Shown in pieces: positions 1 to 10,377 of a DNA stretch of 64,000 bases (its first letter is position 1; each line of letters starts with the position of its first letter). The stretch lies in NCBI GenBank assembly GCA_965242725.1, contig CBDESZ010000017.1, positions 1 through 64,000 of the forward strand, read 5' to 3'. The DNA comes from Alkalispirochaeta sp. Lineage in GTDB: Bacteria; Spirochaetota; Spirochaetia; DSM-27196; Alkalispirochaetaceae. A program made the translations under genes and the position numbers. Below the pieces are notes generated by a model. It did not search any database. It worked only from the letters and a program-made list of their open reading frames with translations, and was not told the origin of the DNA.

Positions 1-923
1 TAAAGCTTTTAATATCGGTGAAGAGAATTGTCAGGTCCCGCTTGGTACCCTCCAGTCGAATTTCACGTTCCCGATACGCCTTTGCCGCAACGTCGCGGGC
101 GACAAACTTCTTGAATATACCCATCAGGTTATCGATGGTATTTGAAAGGGAGTTGAAGGCCACACCGAGGTAGGTGACGTCGTCGTTGGGTGCACCGTCC
201 ATATTCATCAATTCAAGCGTCTGGTCCGCCTGCATCCGCATGATGTTGTCGGTGATGACCCGGACAAACCGCAGAATGAATCGGAGAATGAGGATTCCCA
301 CCACGACAAAGATGAATGAAATCCCGACGATGATAAGACTCACCTGCTGAAAGATGCGCTGTGAGTCGGCGTAGAACTCTCCCAGCTCTTCCGCCCGTAT
401 CTGATAGATTTCCCATGAATCATTGTACTTATAGACGCCGAAATAATCGTACCCGGCATATTCAAAATTGAGAGTACCCTCTTCGGTACCATCGGAATTA
501 CGGGCGCGAACCATCTTCTCGAGAGCGTCATCGTCGGGAAACCGCTCCCGTGGCTCCAGCCGGGACGCGAGGAAGAACACCGTCCCGTCGGGACGTACTC
601 CGATGGAGAGGGACCCGCTCACCCCGGTGGTTTCGCGCGGCGGCGGTTTCGATATTGCGGACCGTCGCCTCCATATCGGGGTTGAAATCGAAAATTTCAT
701 GCTGGTTTCGCGCAAAGACGTGCATTTCTTTCAGGTCTTTCACCAGCAGCTGGTTGAGCAAGCGCATTTGCTCACCCCGGTTCAACATGAGGTTGATATA
801 GTTTGTCGTAAAGTTGGAAATGAGGAGAAAGACGGTGAAGATCGTGACGATCTTCAATACGAGAGGCGTGACTCTGACGCCGTTGATCTTCTGTCCGAAG
901 ATCTTTGAAAGCCAGTCTGCCAT
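1..923 (-). CDS. Membrane-anchored class III adenylate/guanylate cyclase (partial, runs off window start; one apparent frameshift at ~614-616)
   Basis: N-terminal TM in ORF 528..923. Removing one C from the CCC at 614-616 gives a continuous frame through a second TM, a HAMP-like segment and ...EGTKRDLTILFTDIKSF, the first class III cyclase motif, open to position 1. Confidence 0.8.
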
Positions 924-994
924 AAGTTCCCTTAGCGTATCCGCCTTTCCCTAAAAAGCCAAGTGCGATTGTTAAGAATTATAACAACTCGTTC

Positions 995-1645
995 TCATAC
1001 CTCACGGAGATCGATTACTTCGAGGATGTGCTTTTCCACCGAAGCGAGAAACTGCTCCCTGGACATCCCCGAGACTTTGATGATGCATACCGCATTTGTG
1101 GGCTTGTCGCCCGGCCACGTCCCGATGGAAATGATGTTCCCCTGATGGTCCGTGACATCCGATGCAAGCCTCGCCAGTTCGCCCGGTTCTTCGGGAATGC
1201 GCAGTGTTGCTCGAATTCCCTTCTCCCGTGTCCCGAAGAGATCGATAAACAGCCTGAAAATATCGGACTCCGTCACGATTCCGACGGGAAAGTTATTGTC
1301 ATCCACAACGGGAAGGCATCCGATATCGTTGTCCACCATCTTCCGTGCGGCGTCCTCAACAAGGTCATTGGGGTGTGCCGTAAGGGGATTCTTGGTCATG
1401 ACCTTTTTTACCGTGAGCTTTGAGAGGAGACGGGTCATCTCATAGACATCCAGCGTCGACGCCGGTGAAGGAGATGCGTACATAAGGTCTTTTTCGCTGA
1501 CGATCCCGACGAGCTTCTTGCTGTGCTCGTCGACGACGGGGAGGTGGTGGATATGCTCCCTTCGCATGATATCCTGTGCGTCGGTAACGACTGTGTGAGG
1601 GTGCGCGGTGAACAGATTCTCACTCATTATCTTGTGTATTAACAT
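995..1645 (-). CDS. CBS pair + ACT domain protein (AcuB-like)
   Basis: Two CBS repeats (HLPVVD..LVGIVSEKD; CLPVVD..VGIVTESD) followed by ACT-like PEEPGELARL; AGGAGG RBS upstream. Confidence 0.85.
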   Translation of the reverse strand: MLIHKIMSENLFTAHPHTVVTDAQDIMRREHIHHLPVVDEHSKKLVGIVSEKDLMYASPSPASTLDVYEMTRLLSKLTVKKVMTKNPLTAHPNDLVEDAARKMVDNDIGCLPVVDDNNFPVGIVTESDIFRLFIDLFGTREKGIRATLRIPEEPGELARLASDVTDHQGNIISIGTWPGDKPTNAVCIIKVSGMSREQFLASVEKHILEVIDLREV

Positions 1646-1680
1646 GGCGAACCTCCTGATCCCATTATACGCCCAATCCG

Positions 1681-2388
1681 TTAAACGCCCAAATAGGCGT
1701 TTTTCACGTCTTCATTGCTCAAGAGCCGCTCCGACGTATCTGCCAGTGTAATGCGCCCGTTTTCCATCACATACCCGCGATGAGCCACCTTGAGCGCCTG
1801 GTTGGCGTTCTGTTCGACAAGGAATATGGTCGTCCCGTTTTCACTGTTGACCTGGGCAATGATCTCAAAAATCTGCTGGACGATCAGCGGTGCCAGCCCG
1901 AGACTCGGCTCATCGAGAAGGAGGATCTTCGGCCGTGCCATGAGTGCCCGTGAGATGGCGAGCATTTGCTGCTCCCCCCCGGACAGGGTCCCCCCCGTCT
2001 GATGGCGCCGTTCTTCCAGAATGGGGAAGAGTCCATATACATATTCAATGTCCCGTCTGATGCCCTGACGATCCTGCCGGAGCAATGCACCGAGATCGAG
2101 GTTTTCCCGCACCGTCAAATGGGGAAATATCCGGCGTCCCTCGGGAACCTGGGAAATCCCCAGTGAGACGATCTTGTCAGGATCCATTCCGACGATCGAC
2201 TCACCATCCAGGAGTATTTCGCCGCTCTTCGGGGGGACAACACCGGAAATGGACATGAGGGTCGTCGATTTACCGGCGCCGTTTGCACCGATAAGGGTGA
2301 TGATCTCTCCCCGATTGACGACGAGGTCTATTCCCTTGAGGGCCTGTATGTTTCCGTAATAGGTCCGAACGGACTTCAGCTCAAGCAA
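1681..2388 (-). CDS. livF: Branched-chain amino acid ABC transporter ATP-binding protein
   Basis: GANGAGKST, LSGGEQQ, LLLDEPSLGLAP, VEQNA. Confidence 0.93.
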   Translation of the reverse strand: MLELKSVRTYYGNIQALKGIDLVVNRGEIITLIGANGAGKSTTLMSISGVVPPKSGEILLDGESIVGMDPDKIVSLGISQVPEGRRIFPHLTVRENLDLGALLRQDRQGIRRDIEYVYGLFPILEERRHQTGGTLSGGEQQMLAISRALMARPKILLLDEPSLGLAPLIVQQIFEIIAQVNSENGTTIFLVEQNANQALKVAHRGYVMENGRITLADTSERLLSNEDVKNAYLGV

Positions 2389-3172
2389 TTGCTTCCTCCC
2401 CGAGGTACGCTTTTATCACGTCTGGGTTGTTTTTTACTTCGTAGGGTGATCCGGTGGCGATGAGTTTCCCGTAGTCCATGACGTAGATCCGTTCCGAGAG
2501 GGACATGACGAGACTCATATCGTGTTCTATCAGGAAAATGGAGACGCCCTCGGTGTCACGTATCTGTTTAATCAACCCTTCCAGCTCTTTCGTTTCATAG
2601 GGGTTCATCCCCGCCGCCGGCTCGTCCAGGAGAATCAGGAACGGCTCCGTAGCGAGTGCCCGGGCGATTTCCAGCCTCCGCTGGGCGCCGTAGGGCAGAT
2701 TCCGCGCAAGGTCGTTGACGTACCGCCCGAGACCGATGCGCTTGAGGATCTCATAGCTGTCGTAAATGACCCGCTCTTCCTCTTCACGTGTCCTGCGATC
2801 CCTGAGAATCGCTCCGAAAATTCCCGCGTGGAGGCGGGTATGGCGGCCGATCATCACATTTTCGAGGGCGGTCATGTTTCCAAAGAGCCGGATATTCTGG
2901 AAGGTCCGGGCGAGCCCCTTGTGGGTGATCCGGTTCGGTTTCAGACCCTTTATTGAAACTTCCTTCTCTCCGGGCGGGGTAATGTGGATGTCCCCGTGGG
3001 TGGGGGTGTACACGCCGGTGACGCAGTTAAAGAACGTCGTCTTTCCCGCTCCATTGGGGCCGATGAGGGCGATGATCTCGCCTTCTTCCATGGAAATGGA
3101 AACGCTGTTGACGGCGCGCAGCCCGCCGAAGTCCATAGTCATTTCCCTGGCCGATAGAATCACATTGCTCAC
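2381..3172 (-). CDS. livG: Branched-chain amino acid ABC transporter ATP-binding protein
   Basis: GPNGAGKTT, RTFQNIRLF, LPYGAQRRLEIARAL, IEHDM. Confidence 0.93.
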   Translation of the reverse strand: MSNVILSAREMTMDFGGLRAVNSVSISMEEGEIIALIGPNGAGKTTFFNCVTGVYTPTHGDIHITPPGEKEVSIKGLKPNRITHKGLARTFQNIRLFGNMTALENVMIGRHTRLHAGIFGAILRDRRTREEEERVIYDSYEILKRIGLGRYVNDLARNLPYGAQRRLEIARALATEPFLILLDEPAAGMNPYETKELEGLIKQIRDTEGVSIFLIEHDMSLVMSLSERIYVMDYGKLIATGSPYEVKNNPDVIKAYLGEEAIA

Positions 3173-4443
3173 GATGACTTCTCCTCTTCCGTGACGGCGT
3201 CAACGGGGAAGGTGTAGGCTTTCCGTTTTTTCTGTATCAGTCCGCCCGGCCGGAAGACCATCATGATCACCAGGATGGCACCAAACATGAGCATACGGTA
3301 GTCAGAGAAGGCGCGCAGGTATTCCGGTATGAGGATGAGGCCGAGGGCGCCGACAATTGCCCCGGGAATTGACCCCATACCGCCGAGAACGACGCAGGAA
3401 AGTACGATGACCGACTGCCAGACGGTAAAGCTGGCGGGATTGATGAAGGTGGTCCGGGAGGCGAAGATGACGCCGCCGATGCCCGCCCACAGCGATCCGA
3501 GAGCAAATGCGATGACCTTGGTCTTCGTCAGGTCGATGCCCATCGCTTCCGCGGCGATGTCGTCCTCACCCATGGCGACAAGTGCGCGTCCAAGGCGGGA
3601 GTTTTCAAAACGCCAGACGACGAAAATCGTCAATATAACCGCGGCGACGATAATATAATACGTATAGGTCGTCGCGCCGGCGAGACGCATCTCGATCCCG
3701 AAGAGGCCGGGACGGGGAATGCCGCCGATGCCCTGGGGCCCTCCGGTGACGGGGGCGGAGTTGTTAATGACAATTCGAACGATTTCAGCAAATCCCAGCG
3801 TGACGATGGCGAGATAGTCGCCCCTGAGGCGAAGAACCGGCAGCGCAAGCAGAACACCCGCAAGGGTCGCGAGTACGGCACCGATGGGCAGAGCCACCCA
3901 GAAGCCGATGCCGAAGAAGCGGTACAGAATACCGTAGGTGTAGGCTCCGACGGCGTAGAAGGCGATATAGCCGAGGTGAAGCATGCCGCCCAGCCCGATG
4001 ACGATGTTCAGACCGAGGGCAAGGATGACGTAAATGAGGGCGGTAATCATGATGTTGGTCTGATAGAGAGACGCTACCAGGGGAAAAACCGCCAGTCCGA
4101 CGATGAGAACTGCATATACGACTTTCCGGTTATTCTCCGCCGTGAGGAACGTCCATGCCGAACGGATATATCCGACGATCTTCGGAACATCCGCGTCGTC
4201 GTCGTCACGATCCTCCGTTTTTTCTACGACGGCAACCGCCTTTCCCGGAGCTTTCCGTCTCGTCAGGGCAAAACGCCAGAGCAATCCGCCGAAAAACGTT
4301 CCGAGTCCTACATAGAGCATGTTGTGCCAGCGCCAGATGATCGTCTGATCGGTGACACGGACACGTATGACCATAATTGGAAAGGTGAGAAAGACAAACC
4401 ACAGGGCGATGCCGACCATTTTCAGTATTTCTTTACGACTCAT
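3169..4443 (-). CDS. livM: Branched-chain amino acid ABC transporter permease
   Basis: LRLRGDYLAIVTLGFAEI, VVLGGMGS; multiple TM segments. Confidence 0.92.
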   Translation of the reverse strand: MSRKEILKMVGIALWFVFLTFPIMVIRVRVTDQTIIWRWHNMLYVGLGTFFGGLLWRFALTRRKAPGKAVAVVEKTEDRDDDDADVPKIVGYIRSAWTFLTAENNRKVVYAVLIVGLAVFPLVASLYQTNIMITALIYVILALGLNIVIGLGGMLHLGYIAFYAVGAYTYGILYRFFGIGFWVALPIGAVLATLAGVLLALPVLRLRGDYLAIVTLGFAEIVRIVINNSAPVTGGPQGIGGIPRPGLFGIEMRLAGATTYTYYIIVAAVILTIFVVWRFENSRLGRALVAMGEDDIAAEAMGIDLTKTKVIAFALGSLWAGIGGVIFASRTTFINPASFTVWQSVIVLSCVVLGGMGSIPGAIVGALGLILIPEYLRAFSDYRMLMFGAILVIMMVFRPGGLIQKKRKAYTFPVDAVTEEEKSS

Positions 4444-4453
4444 CGTCCGCTCC

Positions 4454-5362
4454 CTATACCTTTTGTACTTCCGGTTTGCCGAGGAGCCCCGACGGCTTGA
4501 AAATCAGAATCAACACGAGAATGAGAAAGGCAAAGACATCCTCATATACGCTGGAGATGTATCCTGCCGCGTAGGATTCCGCCATACCCAGAACGAGACT
4601 TCCAAGCACCGCACCGGGGATGCTTCCGATACCCCCGAGGACGGCGGCGACGAACGCCTTGATTCCGGCTACAAACCCTATGTAGAAGTTTATCTGCCCG
4701 ATAAATGAGCTGATGAGGATACCGCCCAGTGCGGCGGTAAAACTCCCGATGAGGAAGGTCCAGCTGATGACGCGGTTGACGTTGATGCCCACAAGGGTCG
4801 CCATCGTCCGGTCCTGGCTGGTCGCCCGCATCGATTTACCCATCTTTGTGAACTTGATAAGCAGCGTGAGGAGAACCATCACCACAGCGGTGGTGAAAAA
4901 GATGATCACTTGTGCCGAGGTGACCGTTCCGGCCAGGGCTGCGGGAATGGGAAGTTCCGGCAGCATCTGGGGAAAGGGCAGGAAATTGGAAGTCTGTGAC
5001 AACAGAACGTAGTTCTGGAGAAACAAAGACATTCCGATCGCTCCGATGAGAACCGAAAGACGCGGTGCTCGTCGCAGCGGTTTGTACGCCAGTTTCTCCA
5101 CGGTAAATCCGTAGGCCGAGGAGTACACCAGGGCGATAAGACTCGCAAGCACAAGGATCGCCAGCGTCGGCAGCCCCATGATGGTGAAGACGCCCGACAT
5201 GATGAGCGCGATAAAGGCGCCGATCATGTATATCTCGCCGTGGGCGAAATTGATCAATTTGATGATGCCGTACACCATGGTGTAGCCCAGCGCGAGAAGG
5301 GCGTAAATGCTGCCCCTGGTCAGTCCGCTAAAAAAAAGTCTCAGAAAATATTCTGTGTCCAT
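4454..5362 (-). CDS. livH: Branched-chain amino acid ABC transporter permease
   Basis: YALLALGYTMVYGIIKLINFAHGE, KAFVAAVLGGIGSIPGA. Confidence 0.93.
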   Translation of the reverse strand: MDTEYFLRLFFSGLTRGSIYALLALGYTMVYGIIKLINFAHGEIYMIGAFIALIMSGVFTIMGLPTLAILVLASLIALVYSSAYGFTVEKLAYKPLRRAPRLSVLIGAIGMSLFLQNYVLLSQTSNFLPFPQMLPELPIPAALAGTVTSAQVIIFFTTAVVMVLLTLLIKFTKMGKSMRATSQDRTMATLVGINVNRVISWTFLIGSFTAALGGILISSFIGQINFYIGFVAGIKAFVAAVLGGIGSIPGAVLGSLVLGMAESYAAGYISSVYEDVFAFLILVLILIFKPSGLLGKPEVQKV

Positions 5363-5432
5363 ACGTTATTACCGCTTAGCGCAAACAGGCGGACGTTTCC
5401 GTCCGCCTGCCCGCTGTGCATGTGTACGTTGA

Positions 5433-6560
5433 TCAGAGTTCGACGTAGACGCCGTCCTGTACCTGATATACGGCGAATCCAACACCGATCGCGTCACCTG
5501 CGTCGTCAAAGCTGATGGAGCCGACGGGAGTGTCGACGTATTCGCTTCGCAACGCCTCCATGATCGCGTCACCTTCAGTTGAACCGGCTGCTTCAATGGC
5601 GTTGACGATCGCCTGCGCCGCGGCATATGCGTTCATGAAGAAGGGTCCCGGCTCCTCACCGTACTTCTCGACATGCGCTTCTCTGGCCGCCTCGGCAATG
5701 GGATTACCGGCGGTATCCTGCGGTCCCGTGGCATAGACGCCTTCAGCGGCTTCTCCTGCGACATCGATAAAGGATTCGTCCTTCACACCGTCACCGGAGA
5801 TGAAGGGAGTATCGATTCCCTGAGTCCGCATTTGACCGACCAGCTTTGAAGCTTCCGGATGGTATCCGCCGAAGATGACCGCTTCCGCTCCGGAGGATCC
5901 GACGCGGTTGACGATGGCGCTGTAGTCGACGGCACCGACGGTCACACCTTCATAAAGTACGATCTCTACGTCGGGATAGTTCGCTTCCAGTGCGGCTTGC
6001 GCGAAATCAGCAAGACCCTTTCCGTAGTCTCCACCATCGTGGAGGATCGCGACGCTGGTTACACCCAGTTCTTCAGCCGCAAATTGCGCCTGCAGCTGAC
6101 CCTGGGCATCATCCGGCGCGATTGTGCGGAAAAACACGGGGAATTCACCGCTCTTTGTGAGTTCCGGATTGGTCGCGGAGGGAGAAATCGTGACGATATT
6201 CTCGCTCGTATAGACACCGAGAGCCGACCGGGTCGCACCGGAACAGATATGTCCGATAACCGCGACAACCTCGTCACCAACAAGCTTTGCCGCCGTGTTT
6301 GTCGCAACTTCCGGGGCGCACTGATCGTCTTCCACGACGAGTTCGATCTGACGTCCCAGAACTCCACCTTCGGCATTCCACGCTTCCGCGACAAGTTCCG
6401 CCGCGTTGACCGTGGGCAGACCGTAGGACGCCAGGTCACCGCTGTGTGCGCCGGCAACTCCGATCTTTATCGGTCCAGCCTCTTCCTCAGGCTGACAGCC
6501 GATCAAGACGAGACCGACGGCGAGCGCAACAATCCCGAATACCAATACTCTGTTTCGCAT
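5433..6560 (-). CDS. Branched-chain amino acid ABC substrate-binding lipoprotein (LivK/LivJ family)
   Basis: Lipobox LIGC; DDQCAPE, VIGHICSGAT, FFRTIAPDDAQG, GGYHPEA. Confidence 0.9.
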   Translation of the reverse strand: MRNRVLVFGIVALAVGLVLIGCQPEEEAGPIKIGVAGAHSGDLASYGLPTVNAAELVAEAWNAEGGVLGRQIELVVEDDQCAPEVATNTAAKLVGDEVVAVIGHICSGATRSALGVYTSENIVTISPSATNPELTKSGEFPVFFRTIAPDDAQGQLQAQFAAEELGVTSVAILHDGGDYGKGLADFAQAALEANYPDVEIVLYEGVTVGAVDYSAIVNRVGSSGAEAVIFGGYHPEASKLVGQMRTQGIDTPFISGDGVKDESFIDVAGEAAEGVYATGPQDTAGNPIAEAAREAHVEKYGEEPGPFFMNAYAAAQAIVNAIEAAGSTEGDAIMEALRSEYVDTPVGSISFDDAGDAIGVGFAVYQVQDGVYVEL

Positions 6561-6688
6561 ACCACTCCTCCTTGAAAATATCCGGCATTATGAAGCACGT
6601 ACCGCCGTTGAGGCAAGAAGACTTCATAAACAATGCATAAATATACGGGCAATCCGGCGTCAGCACAAGCGCGTTTGCCCCGGCGCCG

Positions 6689-7480
6689 CTAATTCAGCCG
6701 CGCCTCATCGCTTTCAAGCTCGCGATGACGTATATTGTGAAATCGGTTCACCAGTCCGTCAACGGTCAGTCCCGCCTTTTCCGGACCTTCCACATCTAAA
6801 ATCACCTCACCCTTGTCCATCATGAGTAATCGATTTCCGTAATCAATCGCGTGCTGCATGTTGTGGGTGATCATCATCGCCGTCAGACGGTACTCTTCCA
6901 CGTACCGACGCGTGAGATCCAGGACGATTGCGGCATTCTTCGGATCAAGTGCCGCCGTGTGCTCGTCCAGAAGAATGAGGGCGGGTCGTGACATGACCAT
7001 CATGAGAAGCGTCAGCGCCTGTCGCTGCCCGCCCGAAAGCAGACGAACGTTGTCCTTCATGCGGTCTTCCAGCCCCATTTCAAGGTCGACAAGGTGTTCC
7101 CTGAAGCGTCGACGCATCGCCCTGTTGAGGCTGATACGGAGTCCCTTGAAGCCTTTCCGAAAGGCAACCGTCATATTGTCCTCAAGGGTCATATTTCCCG
7201 CCGTCCCGAGCATGGGATCCTGAAAGATCCTGCCGATATACCGGGCACGGCGAAATTCAGGTTGCTTCGTTACGTCAACATCGTTAATCCGAATTGCTCC
7301 GGTACTCGGCGGATAGGTCCCGCCTATGAGATTGAACAGCGTACTCTTCCCCGCCCCGTTGCTTCCGATGACGGTGATGAAATCACCTTCCCGGACGCGC
7401 AGCGACACCGGCCGCAGCGCCTGTACTTCGTTCACCGTGCCGGGGTGGAATGTCTTTGAAACCTCGTCGAGCCCGATCAT
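6689..7480 (-). CDS. ABC transporter ATP-binding protein (putative aromatic amino acid uptake)
   Basis: GSNGAGKST, FQDPMLGT, LSGGQRQ, LLDEHTAALDP, ITHN. Confidence 0.88.
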   Translation of the reverse strand: MIGLDEVSKTFHPGTVNEVQALRPVSLRVREGDFITVIGSNGAGKSTLFNLIGGTYPPSTGAIRINDVDVTKQPEFRRARYIGRIFQDPMLGTAGNMTLEDNMTVAFRKGFKGLRISLNRAMRRRFREHLVDLEMGLEDRMKDNVRLLSGGQRQALTLLMMVMSRPALILLDEHTAALDPKNAAIVLDLTRRYVEEYRLTAMMITHNMQHAIDYGNRLLMMDKGEVILDVEGPEKAGLTVDGLVNRFHNIRHRELESDEARLN

Positions 7481-8406
7481 GACCGCCCTCCCGCGGAGGC
7501 ACGAATGCTCTTTCTGAGGCGCGCCGATTCTCCCCGACTGTTCTGGTAGCGGCTGACGATGAGGGAGGCCACAATGAGCAACCCCGTCAGGAGACGCAGA
7601 TCGTTGGGGGTGAGGTTAATGTGATACCCGTAGTAACGCCCGAGATACATGATACCCCGATAGACGATCGAACCGAGAAGGACCCGCAATGTAAGGATAC
7701 CGATACGGTTGGACCGCAGGAGAAACTCGCCGATCATCACCGATGCGAGACCGGCAACGACGATCCCCTGCCCCATGTTGACATCGGCGAATCCCTGGAA
7801 CTGGGCGGCAAAGGCGCCCGAAATCGCGACCAGGCCGTTGGAGAGGCCCACACCGATGACTTTCATCCATTCAGGATTCACTCCCTGACTCACAACCATT
7901 TGCTGGTTGTTGCCCATCGCACCGAGGGTGAGTCCAAGATCGGTATGGAAAAAGAGGTCAAGGAGAAATTTTACCGACAGCCCCACCACGACAAAGAAGA
8001 AAAAGACCGCCCAATGACGGGGCATCACCGTGGCCAGACTGTCGGTCACGGTAGTGAGGATCGTCTCTTCCCGCAGGAGAGAGAGGTTGGCCCGATCTCC
8101 GAGGATACGGATGTTGACGGACCAGAGCATGGTCATGGTGAGAATTCCCGCCAGGAGGTTGGGGACCTTAAGCTTATTGTGAATCGTCGCCGTCACCGCG
8201 CCGGCGGCGACACCACCGGCAAATGCCATAAGAAGGGCGAGGATGATGGGGACGCCCTGAACGAGGGCCGTCGCCATGATCACCGCTCCGAGGGGAAAGG
8301 TGCCGTCTACGGAGAGATCGGGAAAATCGAGGATGCGAAAGGTGATGAAGACGCCGAGGGCCATGACTCCATAGAGAAGGCCCTCGACGAGAATCGCTTC
8401 AACCAT
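7477..8406 (-). CDS. ABC transporter permease (putative aromatic amino acid uptake)
   Basis: GVFITFRILDFPDLSVDGTFPLG; hydrophobic; lies between the binding protein and the ATPase. Confidence 0.88.
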   Translation of the reverse strand: MVEAILVEGLLYGVMALGVFITFRILDFPDLSVDGTFPLGAVIMATALVQGVPIILALLMAFAGGVAAGAVTATIHNKLKVPNLLAGILTMTMLWSVNIRILGDRANLSLLREETILTTVTDSLATVMPRHWAVFFFFVVVGLSVKFLLDLFFHTDLGLTLGAMGNNQQMVVSQGVNPEWMKVIGVGLSNGLVAISGAFAAQFQGFADVNMGQGIVVAGLASVMIGEFLLRSNRIGILTLRVLLGSIVYRGIMYLGRYYGYHINLTPNDLRLLTGLLIVASLIVSRYQNSRGESARLRKSIRASAGGRS

Positions 8407-8415
8407 CGGGCGGCG

Positions 8416-9438
8416 TTATTGAATCGCCCCGTCCTGAACGACGATGGAGGCGTCGTCCATGACGTTTCGGGGTATGGAGATACCGAGATCCTCGGCGACA
8501 TCGAGATTTACAAGCAGATCAAGGTCACTCGGGTCCGTGAGAAAGAGCGTCGGAATCTCGGCGGGATCCGCACCGTTGAGTATTTCCGCAACCAGACGCC
8601 CCGAGGCGCGTCCGAATTTGTAGTAGTTGAATCCGAGAGCGGCAAGAACACCGCCGTCCTCGGCGGAGGTGGTATCCGCGCTGATAACGGGAACGCCCGT
8701 CCTCGCGGCGACGTCGGTCAGTGCCGACAGGGCGCTTACCACGGTGTTGTCATTACTCACATATATGGCGTCGACCCGGTCGATGATCGACTGCGTCGCG
8801 GAACGGACTTCGCTTGAGTTGACCACCGTCGCTTCCACAAAGTCGAGTCCCCGCGCATCAGCCTCCGCCTTTGCCATATCACGGAGGGAGACGGCGTTGG
8901 CTTCGCCGCCGGCATAGACGTGCCCGACGGTCCCTACGTCGACGAGAGCGGTCATGAGATCGAACTGCGCCTTGATCGGTGCCATGTCGGACGATCCGGT
9001 GACATTTCCCTCACCGGAGTCTACGGAGGAAATGAGACCGGCCCCGACGGGGTCGGTGACCGCCGCAAAGACGACGGGAATGTCCGTCAGCGCGCCCACG
9101 AGCGCCTGAGCGGTCGGCGTAGCGATTCCGATGGCGAGACGGACACGGTCGTTCCGGAATTTGGAGGCGATGCTCGCCGCCGTGGAAATATCCCCGTTGG
9201 CGTTCTGAAGATCGTATTCGAGGTCGGTAAATCCAAGGTCGTTCAGCTCGTCGATGATGCCCTGTTCGATGGCATCAAGTGCGGGGTGGGCAACGATTTT
9301 TGAAATCCCGATGACCCTACCGGCGTCACCTGCCGCGGCACTTCCGTCTTCCGGTACCCCGGTGGCCGAAACCACCACGGCAATACCGGCAAACAGAACC
9401 GGCAGAATGATTCTTCGACCAAGATCATAACGTTTCAT
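8416..9438 (-). CDS. ABC transporter substrate-binding protein (Trp/Tyr-type)
   Basis: Start re-called at ATG 9438 after AGGAGG; signal peptide; HPALDA, QNANGD, IATPTAQA, AVTDP, DNTVVS. Confidence 0.85.
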   Translation of the reverse strand: MKRYDLGRRIILPVLFAGIAVVVSATGVPEDGSAAAGDAGRVIGISKIVAHPALDAIEQGIIDELNDLGFTDLEYDLQNANGDISTAASIASKFRNDRVRLAIGIATPTAQALVGALTDIPVVFAAVTDPVGAGLISSVDSGEGNVTGSSDMAPIKAQFDLMTALVDVGTVGHVYAGGEANAVSLRDMAKAEADARGLDFVEATVVNSSEVRSATQSIIDRVDAIYVSNDNTVVSALSALTDVAARTGVPVISADTTSAEDGGVLAALGFNYYKFGRASGRLVAEILNGADPAEIPTLFLTDPSDLDLLVNLDVAEDLGISIPRNVMDDASIVVQDGAIQ

Positions 9439-9526
9439 ACATTTCCTCCTTTTAACGCGGAGGAAAGGGTAGCGAAAAGCCCGGAATCTGTCTATGCAGC
9501 GCGATTCCGGGCTTCTAAGGGAGGTT

Positions 9527-10372
9527 CTAGTCCTGTTCCTGACTCTTGACGCCCAATGCCTGGGTGAGGCGGTCAAGAAAAATGGCGAGGATGACGATTG
9601 CAATGCCGCTTTCAAAGCCGACATCGATGCGCAACTGCGTGACGCCGCGGACCACTTCGTTTCCGAGACCACCGGCGCCGATCATTCCGGCAATAACCAC
9701 CATGGAAAGGGCGAGCATGATCGTCTGGTTGACGCCGGCCATGATTGTCGCAAGCGCCACCGGCAGCTCCGCCTTCACCAGCATCTGCCGCGGTGTGGAC
9801 CCGAAGGAGAGGGCCGCCTCTTTTATCTCCACCGGAACCTGGCGGATACCCAGATTGGTGAGTCGCACCGCCGGCGGGAGGGAAAATATAAGCGTCGCAA
9901 TAACGCCGGGCACCGCGCCGAGGCGAAAGAACAGTACCGCCGGAATCAAATAGACAAAGGCGGGTAGTGTCTGCATGAAGTCCAGGATCGGCCGTATAAC
10001 ATCCCATACCTTGTCGCTCTTGGACGACCAGATTCCCACGGGTATACCGATCAAAAGTGCAATGAGCACCGACGTGATAACCAGTGCGAAGGTACTCATC
10101 GTTGCCGTCCAGAGTCCCATATACCAGATAACCCCGAATCCGAGGAACGTGAAAATCGCCACGCCTCTGCTGGCGATATACCAGGCCAGTGCGGTAAGCG
10201 CGATGATCATGAGCAGCGCCGGCGGCAGGTTGAGGACAAATGCGGTCCCTGCCAATACCGCTTCAACGACCGAGCGGATTCCGTCGAAAAGCCAGCGCAT
10301 ATTGACCTGCAACCAGCGCACCACGGCTTCAAATCCGCCTCCGATATCAATAAGTTCTCGTAAGTTTTCCAT
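9527..10372 (-). CDS. proW: Glycine betaine/proline ABC transporter permease (ProW/OpuAB family)
   Basis: RPILDFMQTLPAFVYLIP, GVNQTIMLALSMVVIA, GAGGLG. Confidence 0.9.
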   Translation of the reverse strand: MENLRELIDIGGGFEAVVRWLQVNMRWLFDGIRSVVEAVLAGTAFVLNLPPALLMIIALTALAWYIASRGVAIFTFLGFGVIWYMGLWTATMSTFALVITSVLIALLIGIPVGIWSSKSDKVWDVIRPILDFMQTLPAFVYLIPAVLFFRLGAVPGVIATLIFSLPPAVRLTNLGIRQVPVEIKEAALSFGSTPRQMLVKAELPVALATIMAGVNQTIMLALSMVVIAGMIGAGGLGNEVVRGVTQLRIDVGFESGIAIVILAIFLDRLTQALGVKSQEQD

Positions 10373-10377
10373 CTCTA

